In this document: positions 42,001 to 55,800 of the stretch, one piece after another
How the letters are laid out: each line of letters opens with the position of its first letter
Position numbering within the stretch: position 1 is the first letter of the stretch
Source: the human T2T-CHM13v2.0 reference genome, Homo sapiens
Assembly: GCF_009914755.1 (NCBI RefSeq)
Contig: NC_060939.1
Direction: 5' to 3' (one strand)
Length of the DNA: 64,000 bases
Position numbers and translations under genes: made by a program
The notes under the pieces: model-generated
Told to the model about the DNA's origin: nothing
The model's database searches: none
The model's input: the letters and a program-made list of their open reading frames with translations, nothing else

Positions 42001-43899
42001 CCAGTCCATTCTTTCGCGTCCATTCATTCCATTTCACTCCATTCGATTCCATTCCACTCGATTCCACTTCGTTCCATTTCATTGCATTCCATTCTATTCA
42101 ACTCTATTGCCTTCCATTCCATTCCATTCGATTACATTCCATGCGATTCCATTCAAAATCGAATCAATTACATTGCAATCCATTACTATTGAGTCCGTTT
42201 TATTCCAGTCCACTGCATTCTGGTCCATTCCATTTGATTCCATTCCATTCTATTCCATTCCATACAGTTGCATTCCATTGGATTCCATGCTATATCTATA
42301 AATTCAATTCGAGACCATTGCTTTTGAGTCCATTCTATATGATTCCATTCCATTCAAGTCCATTACATTTGGTTAAATTCCATTCCATTCGGTTCAATTC
42401 CATTCCATTCCATTCCCTTCCATTCCATTCCAGTTGATATCAATCCATTCGATTCCATTCCATTCGAGCACATTCCATTCGAGTCCATTCCATTCGATGC
42501 CATTCCATTTGATTCTATTCCATTAGTCTCCATTCAATTCCATTAATCTCCATTCCATTCCATTCTACTCCAACTGATTCCATTCCATTCTATTCCTTTT
42601 TATTCCATTTCATTCCATTCCATTCCATTCCATTCCATTCCATTCCATTCCATTCGTGTCCATTCCACTCCAGTCCATTCCATTCGTATCCATTCCATTC
42701 CAGTCCATTCCATTTGTGTCCACTGCATTCCATTCCACTCCATTCCATATTATTCCATTACACTCCATGCCATTCTATTACTTTCATTTCCATTCAATTC
42801 CATTCCATTTGATTCCATTCCACTCGGTTTCATTCCATTTGAGTCCACTCCATTCCATTCCATTCCATTCAGTTCCATTCCATTCTGTTCCATTCCATTC
42901 CGTTCCATTACATTCCATTCCATTCGGTACCATTCCATATTGTTCCATTCGATTCCATTCGAATCCATTCCATTCCAGTCCATTCCATTCGATTCCATTC
43001 CATTCATTTCAATTCCATTCCATTCCATTCCATTACATTCCACTTGATTCCTCTCCATTCCCTTCCACTGCATTCCGTTCGATTCCATTCCATTGCATTG
43101 CATTCCATTCCATTGGATTGCATTCCATTCGATTCCATTCCATTCGAATCAATTACATAGCAATCCATTACATTCGAGTCTATTCTCTTCCGTTCCATTC
43201 GATTTCGTTCCAATCCATTCGATTCCATTCCATTCGATTCCATTCCATACTATTGCATTCCATTCGATTACATTATATTCGAATAAGTTCCATTCAAGAC
43301 CATTTCTTTTGAGTCCATTCTATTTGAGTCCATTCCCTTTGATTCCATAACATTTGAGTCCATTCAATTCCATTCCTTTCGTTTCCATTCCATTTGATGC
43401 CATTCCATTCAATTCTGTTCTACTCGACTCCAATACATTCAATTCCATTCCATCCGATTCCATTACATTCTTTTCATTTCTTATCCATTTCAAGCCATTC
43501 CACTCCATTCCATTCCACTCGTTTCCTTTCCATTCGAGTCCATTCCTCTCCAGTCCATTCCGTTCAATCCATTCCATTCCAGTCCATTCCATTCGAGTCC
43601 GTTCCATTCCAGTCCATTCCATTCGAGTCAATTCCATTCCATTCGATGTCTTTCCATAACGATCCATTCCATTCTATTCCTTTCGATTCCATTCCATTCT
43701 ATTTCATTCCATTCGATTCCCTTCCATTGGACTCCTTTCCATTCGAGTGCATTCCATTCCGTTCCATTTCTTTCCGTTCTGTACGATTCCTACCGTTCGA
43801 TTTCATTTTGTTCCAGTCCATTCTTTCGCGTCCATTCATTCCATTTCACTCCATTCGATTCCATTCCACTCGATTCCACTTCGTTCCATTTCATTGCAT

Positions 43900-46800
43900 T
43901 CCATTCTATTCAACTCTATTGCCTTCCATTCCATTCCATTCGATTACATTCCATGCGATTCCATTCAAAATCGAATCAATTACATTGCAATCCATTACTA
44001 TTGAGTCCGTTTTATTCCAGTCCACTGCATTCTGGTCCATTCCATTTGATTCCATTCCATTCTATTCCATTCCATACAGTTGCATTCCATTGGATTCCAT
44101 GCTATATCTATAAATTCAATTCGAGACCATTGCTTTTGAGTCCATTCTATATGATTCCATTCCATTCAAGTCCATTACATTTGGTTAAATTCCATTCCAT
44201 TCGGTTCAATTCCATTCCATTCCATTCCCTTCCATTCCATTCCAGTTGATATCAATCCATTCGATTCCATTCCATTCGAGCACATTCCATTCGAGTCCAT
44301 TCCATTCGATGCCATTCCATTTGATTCTATTCCATTAGTCTCCATTCAATTCCATTAATCTCCATTCCATTCCATTCTACTCCAACTGATTCCATTCCAT
44401 TCTATTCCTTTCCATTCCATTTCATTCCATTCCATTCCATTCCATTCCATTCCATTCCATTCCATTCCATTCGTGTCCATTCCACTCCAGTCCATTCCAT
44501 TCGTATCCATTCCATTCCAGTCCATTCCATTTGTGTCCACTGCATTCCATTCCACTCCATTCCATATTATTCCATTACACTCCATTCCATTCTATTACTT
44601 TCATTTCCATTCAATTCCATTCCATTTGATTCCATTCCACTCGGTTTCATTCCATTTGAGTCCACTCCATTCCATTCCATTCCATTCAGTTCCATTCCAT
44701 TCTGTTCCATTCCATTCCGTTCCATTACATTCCATTCCATTCGGTACCATTCCATATTGTTCCATTCGATTCCATTCGAATCCATTCCATTCCAGTCCAT
44801 TCCATTCGATTCCATTCCATTCATTTCAATTCCATTCCATTCCATTCCATTCCATTCCACTTGATTCCTCTCCATTCCCTTCCACTGCATTCCGTTCGAT
44901 TCCATTCCATTGCATTGCATTCCATTCCATTGGATTGCATTCCATTCGATTCCATTCCATTCGAATCAATTACATAGCAATCCATTACATTCGAGTCTAT
45001 TCTCTTCCGTTCCATTCGATTTCGTTCCAATCCATTCGATTCCATTCCATTCGATTCCATTCCATACTATTGCATTCCATTCGATTACATTATATTCGAA
45101 TAAGTTCCATTCAAGACCATTTCTTTTGAGTCCATTCTATTTGAGTCCATTCCCTTTGATTCCATAACATTTGAGTCCATTCAATTCCATTCCTTTCGTT
45201 TCCATTCCATTTGATGCCATTCCATTCAATTCTGTTCTACTCGACTCCAATACATTCAATTCCATTCCATCCGATTCCATTACATTCTTTTCATTTCTTA
45301 TCCATTTCAAGCCATTCCACTCCATTCCATTCCACTCGTTTCCTTTCCATTCGAGTCCATTCCTCTCCAGTCCATTCCGTTCAATCCATTCCATTCCAGT
45401 CCATTCCATTCGAGTCCGTTCCATTCCAGTCCATTCCATTCGAGTCAATTCCATTCCATTCGATGTCTTTCCATAACGATCCATTCCATTCTATTCCTTT
45501 CGATTCCATTCCATTCTATTTCATTCCATTCGATTCCCTTCCATTGGACTCCTTTCCATTCGAGTGCATTCCATTCCGTTCCATTTCTTTCCGTTCTGTA
45601 CGATTCCTACCGTTCGATTTCATTTTGTTCCAGTCCATTCCTTTCGCGTCCATTCCATTCCATTTCACTCCATTCGATTCCATTCCACTCGATTCCACTT
45701 CGTTCCATTTCATTGCATTCCATTCTATTCAACTCTATTGCCTTCCATTCCATTCCATTCGATTACATTCCATGCGATTCCATTCGAAATCGAATCAATT
45801 ACATTGCAAACCATTACTATTGAGTCCGTTTTATTCCAGTCCACTGCATTCTGGTCCATTCCATTTGATTCCATTCCATTCTATTCCATTCCATACAGTT
45901 GCATTCCATTGGATTCCATGCTATATCTATAAATTCAATTCGAGACCATTGCTTTTGAGTCCATTCTATATGATTCCATTCCATTCAAGTCCATTACATT
46001 TGGTTCAATTCCATTCCATTCCATTCCCTTTCATTCCATTCCATTTGATATCAATCCATTCGATTCCATTCCATTCGAGCACATTCCATTCGAGTCCATT
46101 CCATTCGATGCCATTCCATTTGATTCTATTCCATTAGTCTCCATTCAATTCCATTAATCTCCATTCCATTCCATTCTACTCCTACTGATTCAATTCCATT
46201 CGATTCCTTTCCATTCCATTTCATTCCATTCCATTCCATTTCATTCCATTCCATTCCATTCGTGTCCATTCCACTCCAGTCCATTCCATTCGTGTCCATT
46301 CCATTCCAGTCCATTCCATTTGTGTCCACTGCATTCCATTCCACTCCATTCCATATTATTCCATTACACTCCATTCCATTCTATTACTTTCATTTCCATT
46401 CAATTCCATTCCATTTGATTCCATTCCACTCGGTTTCATTCCATTTGAGTCCACTCCATTCCATTCCATTAAATTCCATTCAGTTCCATTCCATTCCGTT
46501 CCATAACATTCCATTCCATTCGGTACCATTACATATTGTTCCATTCGATTCCATTCGAATCCATTCCATTCCAGTCCATTCCATTCGATTCCATTCCATT
46601 CATTTCAATTCCATTCCATTCCATTCCATTCCATTCCACTTGATTCCTCTCCATTCCCTTCCACTGCATTCCGTTCGATTCCATTCCATTGCATTGCATT
46701 CCATTCCATTGGATTGCATTCCATTCGATTCCATTCCATTCGAATCAATTACATAGCAATCCATTACATTCGAGTCTATTCTATTCCGTTCCATTCGATT

Positions 46801-49800
46801 TCGTTCCAATCCATTCGATTCCATTCCATTCGATTCCATTCCATACTATTGCATTCCATTCGATTACATTATATTCGAATAAGTTCCATTCAAGACCATT
46901 TCTTTTGAGTCCATTCTATTTGAGTCCATTCCCTTTGATTCCATAACATTTGAGTCCATTCAATTCCATTCCTTTCGTTTCCATTCCATTTGATGCCATT
47001 CCATTCAATTCTGTTCTACTCGACTCCAATACATTCAATTCCATTCCATCCGATTCCATTACATTCTTTTCATTTCTTATCCATTTCAAGCCATTCCACT
47101 CCATTCCATTCCACTCGTTTCCTTTCCATTCGAGTCCATTCCTCTCCAGTCCATTCCGTTCAATCCATTCCATTCCAGTCCATTCCATTCGAGTCCGTTC
47201 CATTCCAGTCCATTCCATTCGAGTCAATTCCATTCCATTCGATGTCTTTCCATAACGATCCATTCCATTCTATTCCTTTCGATTCCATTCCATTCTATTT
47301 CATTCCATTCGATTCCCTTCCATTGGACTCCTTTCCATTCGAGTGCATTCCATTCCGTTCCATTTCTTTCCGTTCTGTACGATTCCTACCGTTCGATTTC
47401 ATTTTGTTCCAGTCCATTCCTTTCGCGTCCATTCCATTCCATTTCACTCCATTCGATTCCATTCCACTCGATTCCACTTCGTTCCATTTCATTGCATTCC
47501 ATTCTATTCAACTCTATTGCCTTCCATTCCATTCCATTCGATTACATTCCATGCGATTCCATTCGAAATCGAATCAATTACATTGCAAACCATTACTATT
47601 GAGTCCGTTTTATTCCAGTCCACTGCATTCTGGTCCATTCCATTTGATTCCATTCCATTCTATTCCATTCCATACAGTTGCATTCCATTGGATTCCATGC
47701 TATATCTATAAATTCAATTCGAGACCATTGCTTTTGAGTCCATTCTATATGATTCCATTCCATTCAAGTCCATTACATTTGGTTCAATTCCATTCCATTC
47801 CATTCCCTTTCATTCCATTCCATTTGATATCAATCCATTCGATTCCATTCCATTCGAGCACATTCCATTCGAGTCCATTCCATTCGATGCCATTCCATTT
47901 GATTCTATTCCATTAGTCTCCATTCAATTCCATTAATCTCCATTCCATTCCATTCTACTCCTACTGATTCAATTCCATTCTATTCCTTTCCATTCCATTT
48001 CATTCCATTCCATTCCATTTCATTCCATTCCATTCCATTCGTGTCCATTCCACTCCAGTCCATTCCATTCGTGTCCATTCCATTCCAGTCCATTCCATTT
48101 GTGTCCACTGCATTCCATTCCACTCCATTCCATATTATTCCATTACACTCCATTCCATTCTATTACTTTCATTTCCATTCAATTCCATTCCATTTGATTC
48201 CATTCCACTCGGTTTCATTCCATTTGAGTCCACTCCATTCCATTCCATTAAATTCCATTCAGTTCCATTCCATTCCGTTCCATAACATTCCATTCCATTC
48301 GGTACCATTACATATTGTTCCATTCGATTCCATTCGAATCCATTCCATTCCAGTCCATTCCATTCGATTCCATTCCATTCATTTCAATTCCATTCCATTC
48401 CATTCCATTCCATTCCACTTGATTCCTCTCCATTCCCTTCCACTGCATTCCGTTCGATTCCATTCCATTGCATTGCATTCCATTCCATTGGATTGCATTC
48501 CATTCGATTCCATTCCATTCGAATCAATTACATAGCAATCCATTACATTCGAGTCTATTCTATTCCGTTCCATTCGATTTCGTTCCAATCCATTCGATTC
48601 CATTCCATTCGATTCCATTCCATACTATTGCATTCCATTCGATTACATTATATTCGAATAAGTTCCATTCAAGACCATTTCTTTTGAGTCCATTCTATTT
48701 GAGTCCATTCCCTTTGATTCCATAACATTTGAGTCCATTCAATTCCATTCCTTTCGTTTCCATTCCATTTGATGCCATTCCATTCAATTCTGTTCTACTC
48801 GACTCCAATACATTCAATTCCATTCCATCCGATTCCATTACATTCTTTTCATTTCTTATCCATTTCAAGCCATTCCACTCCATTCCATTCCACTCGTTTC
48901 CTTTCCATTCGAGTCCATTCCTCTCCAGTCCATTCCGTTCAATCCATTCCATTCCAGTCCATTCCATTCGAGTCCGTTCCATTCCAGTCCATTCCATTCG
49001 AGTCAATTCCATCCCATTCGATGTCTTTCCATAACGATCCATTCCACTCTATTCCTTTCGATTCCATTCCATTCTATTTCATTCCATTCGATTCCCTTCC
49101 ATTGGACTCCTTTCCATTCGAGTGCATTCCATTCCGTTCCATTTCTTTCCGTTCTGTACGATTCCTACCGTTCGATTTCATTTTCTTCCAGTCCATTCTT
49201 TCGCGTCCATGCCATTCCATTTCACTCCATTCGATTCCATTCCACTCGATTCCACTCCGTTCCATTTCATTGCATTCCATTCTATTCAACTCTATTGCCT
49301 TCCATTCCATTCCATTCGATTACATTCCATGCGATTCCATTCGAAATCGAATCAATTACATTGCAATCCATTACTATTGAGTCCGTTTTATTCCAGTCCA
49401 CTGCATTCTGGTCCATTCCATTTGATTCCATTCCATTCTATTCCATTCCATGCAGTTGCATTCCATTGGATTCCATGCTATATCTATAAATTCAATTCGA
49501 GACCATTGCTTTTGAGTCCATTCTATATGATTCCATTCCATTCAAGTCCATTACATTTGGTTAAATTCCATTCCATTCGGTTCAATTCCATTCCATTCCA
49601 TTCCCTTCCATTCCATTCCAGTTGATATCAATCCATTCGATTCCATTCCATTCGAGCACATTCCATTCGAATCCATTCCATTCGATGCCATTCCATTTGA
49701 TTCTATTCCATTAGTCTCCATTCAATTCCATTAATCTCCATTCCATTCCATTCTACTCCAACTGATTCCATTCCATTCTATTCCTTTCCATTCCATTTCA

Positions 49801-52800
49801 TTCCATTCCATTCCATTCCATTCCATTCGTGTCCATTCCACTCCAGTCCATTCCATTCGTATCCATTGCATTCCAGTCCATTCCATTTGTGTCCACTGCA
49901 TTCCATTCCACTCCATTCCATATTATTCCATTACACTCCATTCCATTCTATTACTTTCATTTCCATTCAATTCCATTCCATTTGATTCCATTCCACTCGG
50001 TTTCATTCCATTTGAGTCCACTCCATTCCATTCCATTCCATTCAGTTCCATTCCATTCTGTTCCATTCCATTCCGTTCCATTACATTCCATTCCATTCGG
50101 TACCATTCCATATTGTTCCTTTCGATTCCATTCGAATCCATTCCATTCCAGTCCATTCCATTCGATTCCATTCCATTCATTTCAATTCCATTCCATTCCA
50201 TTCCATTACATTCCACTTGATTCCTCTCCATTCCCTTCCACTGCATTCCGTTCGATTCCATTCCATTGCATTGCATTCCATTCCATTGGATTGCATTCCA
50301 TTCGATTCCATTCCATTCGAATCAATTACATAGCAATCCATTACATTCGAGTCTATTCTCTTCCGTTCCATTCGATTTCGTTCCAATCCATTCGATTCCA
50401 TTCCATTCGATTCCATTCCATACTATTGCATTCCATTCGATTACATTATATTCGAATAAGTTCCATTCAAGACCATTTCTTTTGAGTCCATTCTATTTGA
50501 GTCCATTCCCTTTGATTCCATAACATTTGAGTCCATTCAATTCCATTCCTTTCGTTTCCATTCCATTTGATGCCATTCCATTCAATTCTGTTCTACTCGA
50601 CTCCAATACATTCAATTCCATTCCATCCGATTCCATTACATTCTTTTCATTTCTTATCCATTTCAAGCCATTCCACTCCATTCCATTCCACTCGTTTCCT
50701 TTCCATTCGAGTCCATTCCTCTCCAGTCCATTCCGTTCAATCCATTCCATTCCAGTCCATTCCATTCGAGTCCGTTCCATTCCAGTCCATTCCATTCGAG
50801 TCAATTCCATTCCATTCGATGTCTTTCCATAACGATCCATTCCATTCTATTCCTTTCGATTCCATTCCATTCTATTTCATTCCATTCGATTCCCTTCCAT
50901 TGGACTCCTTTCCATTCGAGTGCATTCCATTCCGTTCCATTTCTTTCCGTTCTGTACGATTCCTACCGTTCGATTTCATTTTGTTCCAGTCCATTCTTTC
51001 GCGTCCATTCATTCCATTTCACTCCATTCGATTCCATTCCACTCGATTCCACTTCGTTCCATTTCATTGCATTCCATTCTATTCAACTCTATTGCCTTCC
51101 ATTCCATTCCATTCGATTACATTCCATGCGATTCCATTCAAAATCGAATCAATTACATTGCAATCCATTACTATTGAGTCCGTTTTATTCCAGTCCACTG
51201 CATTCTGGTCCATTCCATTTGATTCCATTCCATTCTATTCCATTCCATACAGTTGCATTCCATTGGATTCCATGCTATATCTATAAATTCAATTCGAGAC
51301 CATTGCTTTTGAGTCCATTCTATATGATTCCATTCCATTCAAGTCCATTACATTTGGTTAAATTCCATTCCATTCGGTTCAATTCCATTCCATTCCATTC
51401 CCTTCCATTCCATTCCAGTTGATATCAATCCATTCGATTCCATTCCATTCGAGCACATTCCATTCGAGTCCATTCCATTCGATGCCATTCCATTTGATTC
51501 TATTCCATTAGTCTCCATTCAATTCCATTAATCTCCATTCCATTCCATTCTACTCCAACTGATTCCATTCCATTCTATTCCTTTCCATTCCATTTCATTC
51601 CATTCCATTCCATTCCATTCCATTCCATTCCATTCGTGTCCATTCCACTCCAGTCCATTCCATTCGTATCCATTCCATTCCAGTCCATTCCATTTGTGTC
51701 CACTGCATTCCATTCCACTCCATTCCATATTATTCCATTACACTCCATTCCATTCTATTACTTTCATTTCCATTCAATTCCATTCCATTTGATTCCATTC
51801 CACTCGGTTTCATTCCATTTGAGTCCACTCCATTCCATTCCATTCCATTCAGTTCCATTCCATTCTGTTCCATTCCATTCCGTTCCATTACATTCCATTC
51901 CATTCGGTACCATTCCATATTGTTCCATTCGATTCCATTCGAATCCATTCCATTCCAGTCCATTCCATTCGATTCCATTCCATTCATTTCAATTCCATTC
52001 CATTCCATTCCATTACATTCCACTTGATTCCTCTCCATTCCCTTCCACTGCATTCCGTTCGATTCCATTCCATTGCATTGCATTCCATTCCATTGGATTG
52101 CATTCCATTCGATTCCATTCCATTCGAATCAATTACATAGCAATCCATTACATTCGAGTCTATTCTATTCCGTTCCATTCGATTTCGTTCCAATCCATTC
52201 GATTCCATTCCATTCGATTCCATTCCATACTATTGCATTCCATTCGATTACATTATATTCGAATAAGTTCCATTCAAGACCATTTCTTTTGAGTCCATTC
52301 TATTTGAGTCCATTCCCTTTGATTCCATAACATTTGAGTCCATTCAATTCCATTCCTTTCGTTTCCATTCCATTTGATGCCATTCCATTCAATTCTGTTC
52401 TACTCGACTCCAATACATTCAATTCCATTCCATCCGATTCCATTACATTCTTTTCATTTCTTATCCATTTCAAGCCATTCCACTCCATTCCATTCCACTC
52501 GTTTCCTTTCCATTCGAGTCCATTCCTCTCCAGTCCATTCCGTTCAATCCATTCCATTCCAGTCCATTCCATTCGAGTCCGTTCCATTCCAGTCCATTCC
52601 ATTCGAGTCAATTCCATTCCATTCGATGTCTTTCCATAACGATCCATTCCATTCTATTCCTTTCGATTCCATTCCATTCTATTTCATTCCATTCGATTCC
52701 CTTCCATTGGACTCCTTTCCATTCGAGTGCATTCCATTCCGTTCCATTTCTTTCCGTTCTGTACGATTCCTACCGTTCGATTTCATTTTGTTCCAGTCCA

Positions 52801-55800
52801 TTCCTTTCGCGTCCATTCCATTCCATTTCACTCCATTCGATTCCATTCCACTCGATTCCACTTCGTTCCATTTCATTGCATTCCATTCTATTCAACTCTA
52901 TTGCCTTCCATTCCATTCCATTCGATTACATTCCATGCGATTCCATTCGAAATCGAATCAATTACATTGCAAACCATTACTATTGAGTCCGTTTTATTCC
53001 AGTCCACTGCATTCTGGTCCATTCCATTTGATTCCATTCCATTCTATTCCATTCCATACAGTTGCATTCCATTGGATTCCATGCTATATCTATAAATTCA
53101 ATTCGAGACCATTGCTTTTGAGTCCATTCTATATGATTCCATTCCATTCAAGTCCATTACATTTGGTTCAATTCCATTCCATTCCATTCCCTTTCATTCC
53201 ATTCCATTTGATAACAATCCATTCGATTCCATTCCATTCGAGCACATTCCATTCGAGTCCATTCCATTCGATGCCATTCCATTTGATTCTATTCCATTAG
53301 TCTCCATTCAATTCCATTAATCTCCATTCCATTCCATTCTACTCCTACTGATTCAATTCCATTCTATTCCTTTCCATTCCATTTCATTCCATTCCATTCC
53401 ATTTCATTCCATTCCATTCCATTCGTGTCCATTCCACTCCAGTCCATTCCATTCGTGTCCATTCCATTCCAGTCCATTCCATTTGTGTCCACTGCATTCC
53501 ATTCCACTCCATTCCATATTATTCCATTACACTCCATTCCATTCTATTACTTTCATTTCCATTCAATTCCATTCCATTTGATTCCATTCCACTCGGTTTC
53601 ATTCCATTTGAGTCCACTCCATTCCATTCCATTAAATTCCATTCAGTTCCATTCCATTCCGTTCCATAACATTCCATTCCATTCGGTACCATTACATATT
53701 GTTCCATTCGATTCCATTCGAATCCATTCCATTCCAGTCCATTCCATTCGATTCCATTCCATTCATTTCAATTCCATTCCATTCCATTCCATTACATTCC
53801 ACTTGATTCCTCTCCATTCCCTACCACTGCATTCCGTTCGATTCCATTCCATTGCATTGCATTCCATTCCATTGGATTGCATTCCATTCGATTCCATTCC
53901 ATTCGAATCAATTACATAGCAATCCATTACATTCGAGTCTATTCTATTCCGTTCCATTCGATTTCGTTCCAATCCATTCGATTCCATTCCATTCGATTCC
54001 ATTCCATACTATTGCATTCCATTCGATTACATTATATTCGAATAAGTTCCATTCAAGACCATTTCTTTTGAGTCCATTCTATTTGAGTCGAGTCCATTCC
54101 CTTTGATTCCATAACATTTGAGTCCATTCAATTCCATTCCTTTCGTTTCCATTCCATTTGATGCCATTCCATTCAATTCTGTTCTACTCGACTCCAATAC
54201 ATTCAATTCCATTCCATCCGATTCCATTACATTCTTTTCATTTCTTATCCATTTCAAGCCATTCCACTCCATTCCATTCCACTCGTTTCCTTTCCATTCG
54301 AGTCCATTCCTCTCCAGTCCATTCCGTTCAATCCATTCCATTCCAGTCCATTCCATTCGAGTCCGTTCCATTCCAGTCCATTCCATTCGAGTCAATTCCA
54401 TCCCATTCGATGTCTTTCCATAACGATCCATTCCACTCTATTCCTTTCGATTCCATTCCATTCTATTTCATTCCATTCGATTCCCTTCCATTGGACTCCT
54501 TTCCATTCGAGTGCATTCCATTCCGTTCCATTTCTTTCCGTTCTGTACGATTCCTACCGTTCGATTTCATTTTGTTCCAGTCCATTCCTTTCGCGTCCAT
54601 TCCATTCCATTTCACTCCATTCGATTCCATTCCCCTCGATTCCACTTCGTTCCATTTCATTGCATTCCATTCTATTCAACTCTATTGCCTTCCATTCCAT
54701 TCCATTCGATTACATTCCATGCGATTCCATTCAAAATCGAATCAATTACATTGCAATCCATTACTATTGAGTCCGTTTTATTCCAGTCCACTGCATTCTG
54801 GTCCATTCCATTTGATTCCATTCCATTCTATTCCATTCCATACAGTTGCATTCCATTGGATTCCATGCTATATCTATAAATTCAATTCGAGACCATTGCT
54901 TTTGAGTCCATTCTATATGATTCCATTCCATTCAAGTCCATTACATTTGGTTAAATTCCATTCCATTCGGTTCAATTCCATTCCATTCCATTCCCTTCCA
55001 TTCCATTCCAGTTGATATCAATCCATTCGATTCCATTCCATTCGAGCACATTCCATTCGAGTCCATTCCATTCGATGCCATTCCATTTGATTCTATTCCA
55101 TTAGTCTCCATTCAATTCCATTAATCTCCATTCCATTCCATTCTACTCCAACTGATTCCATTCCATTCTATTCCTTTCCATTCCATTTCATTCCATTCCA
55201 TTCCATTCCATTCCATTCCATTCCATTCCATTCCATTCGTGTCCATTCCACTCCAGTCCATTCCATTCGTATCCATTCCATTCCAGTCCATTCCATTTGT
55301 GTCCACTGCATTCCATTCCACTCCATTCCATATTATTCCATTACACTCCATTCCATTCTATTACTTTCATTTCCATTCAATTCCATTCCATTTGATTCCA
55401 TTCCACTCGGTTTCATTCCATTTGAGTCCACTCCATTCCATTCCATTCCATTCAGTTCCATTCCATTCTGTTCCATTCCATTCCGTTCCATTACATTCCA
55501 TTCCATTCGGTACCATTCCATATTGTTCCATTCGATTCCATTCGAATCCATTCCATTCCAGTCCATTCCATTCGATTCCATTCCATTCATTTCAATTCCA
55601 TTCCATTCCATTCCATTCCATTCCACTTGATTCCTCTCCATTCCCTTCCACTGCATTCCGTTCGATTCCATTCCATTGCATTGCATTCCATTCCATTGGA
55701 TTGCATTCCATTCGATTCCATTCCATTCGAATCAATTACATAGCAATCCATTACATTCGAGTCTATTCTCTTCCGTTCCATTCGATTTCGTTCCAATCCA

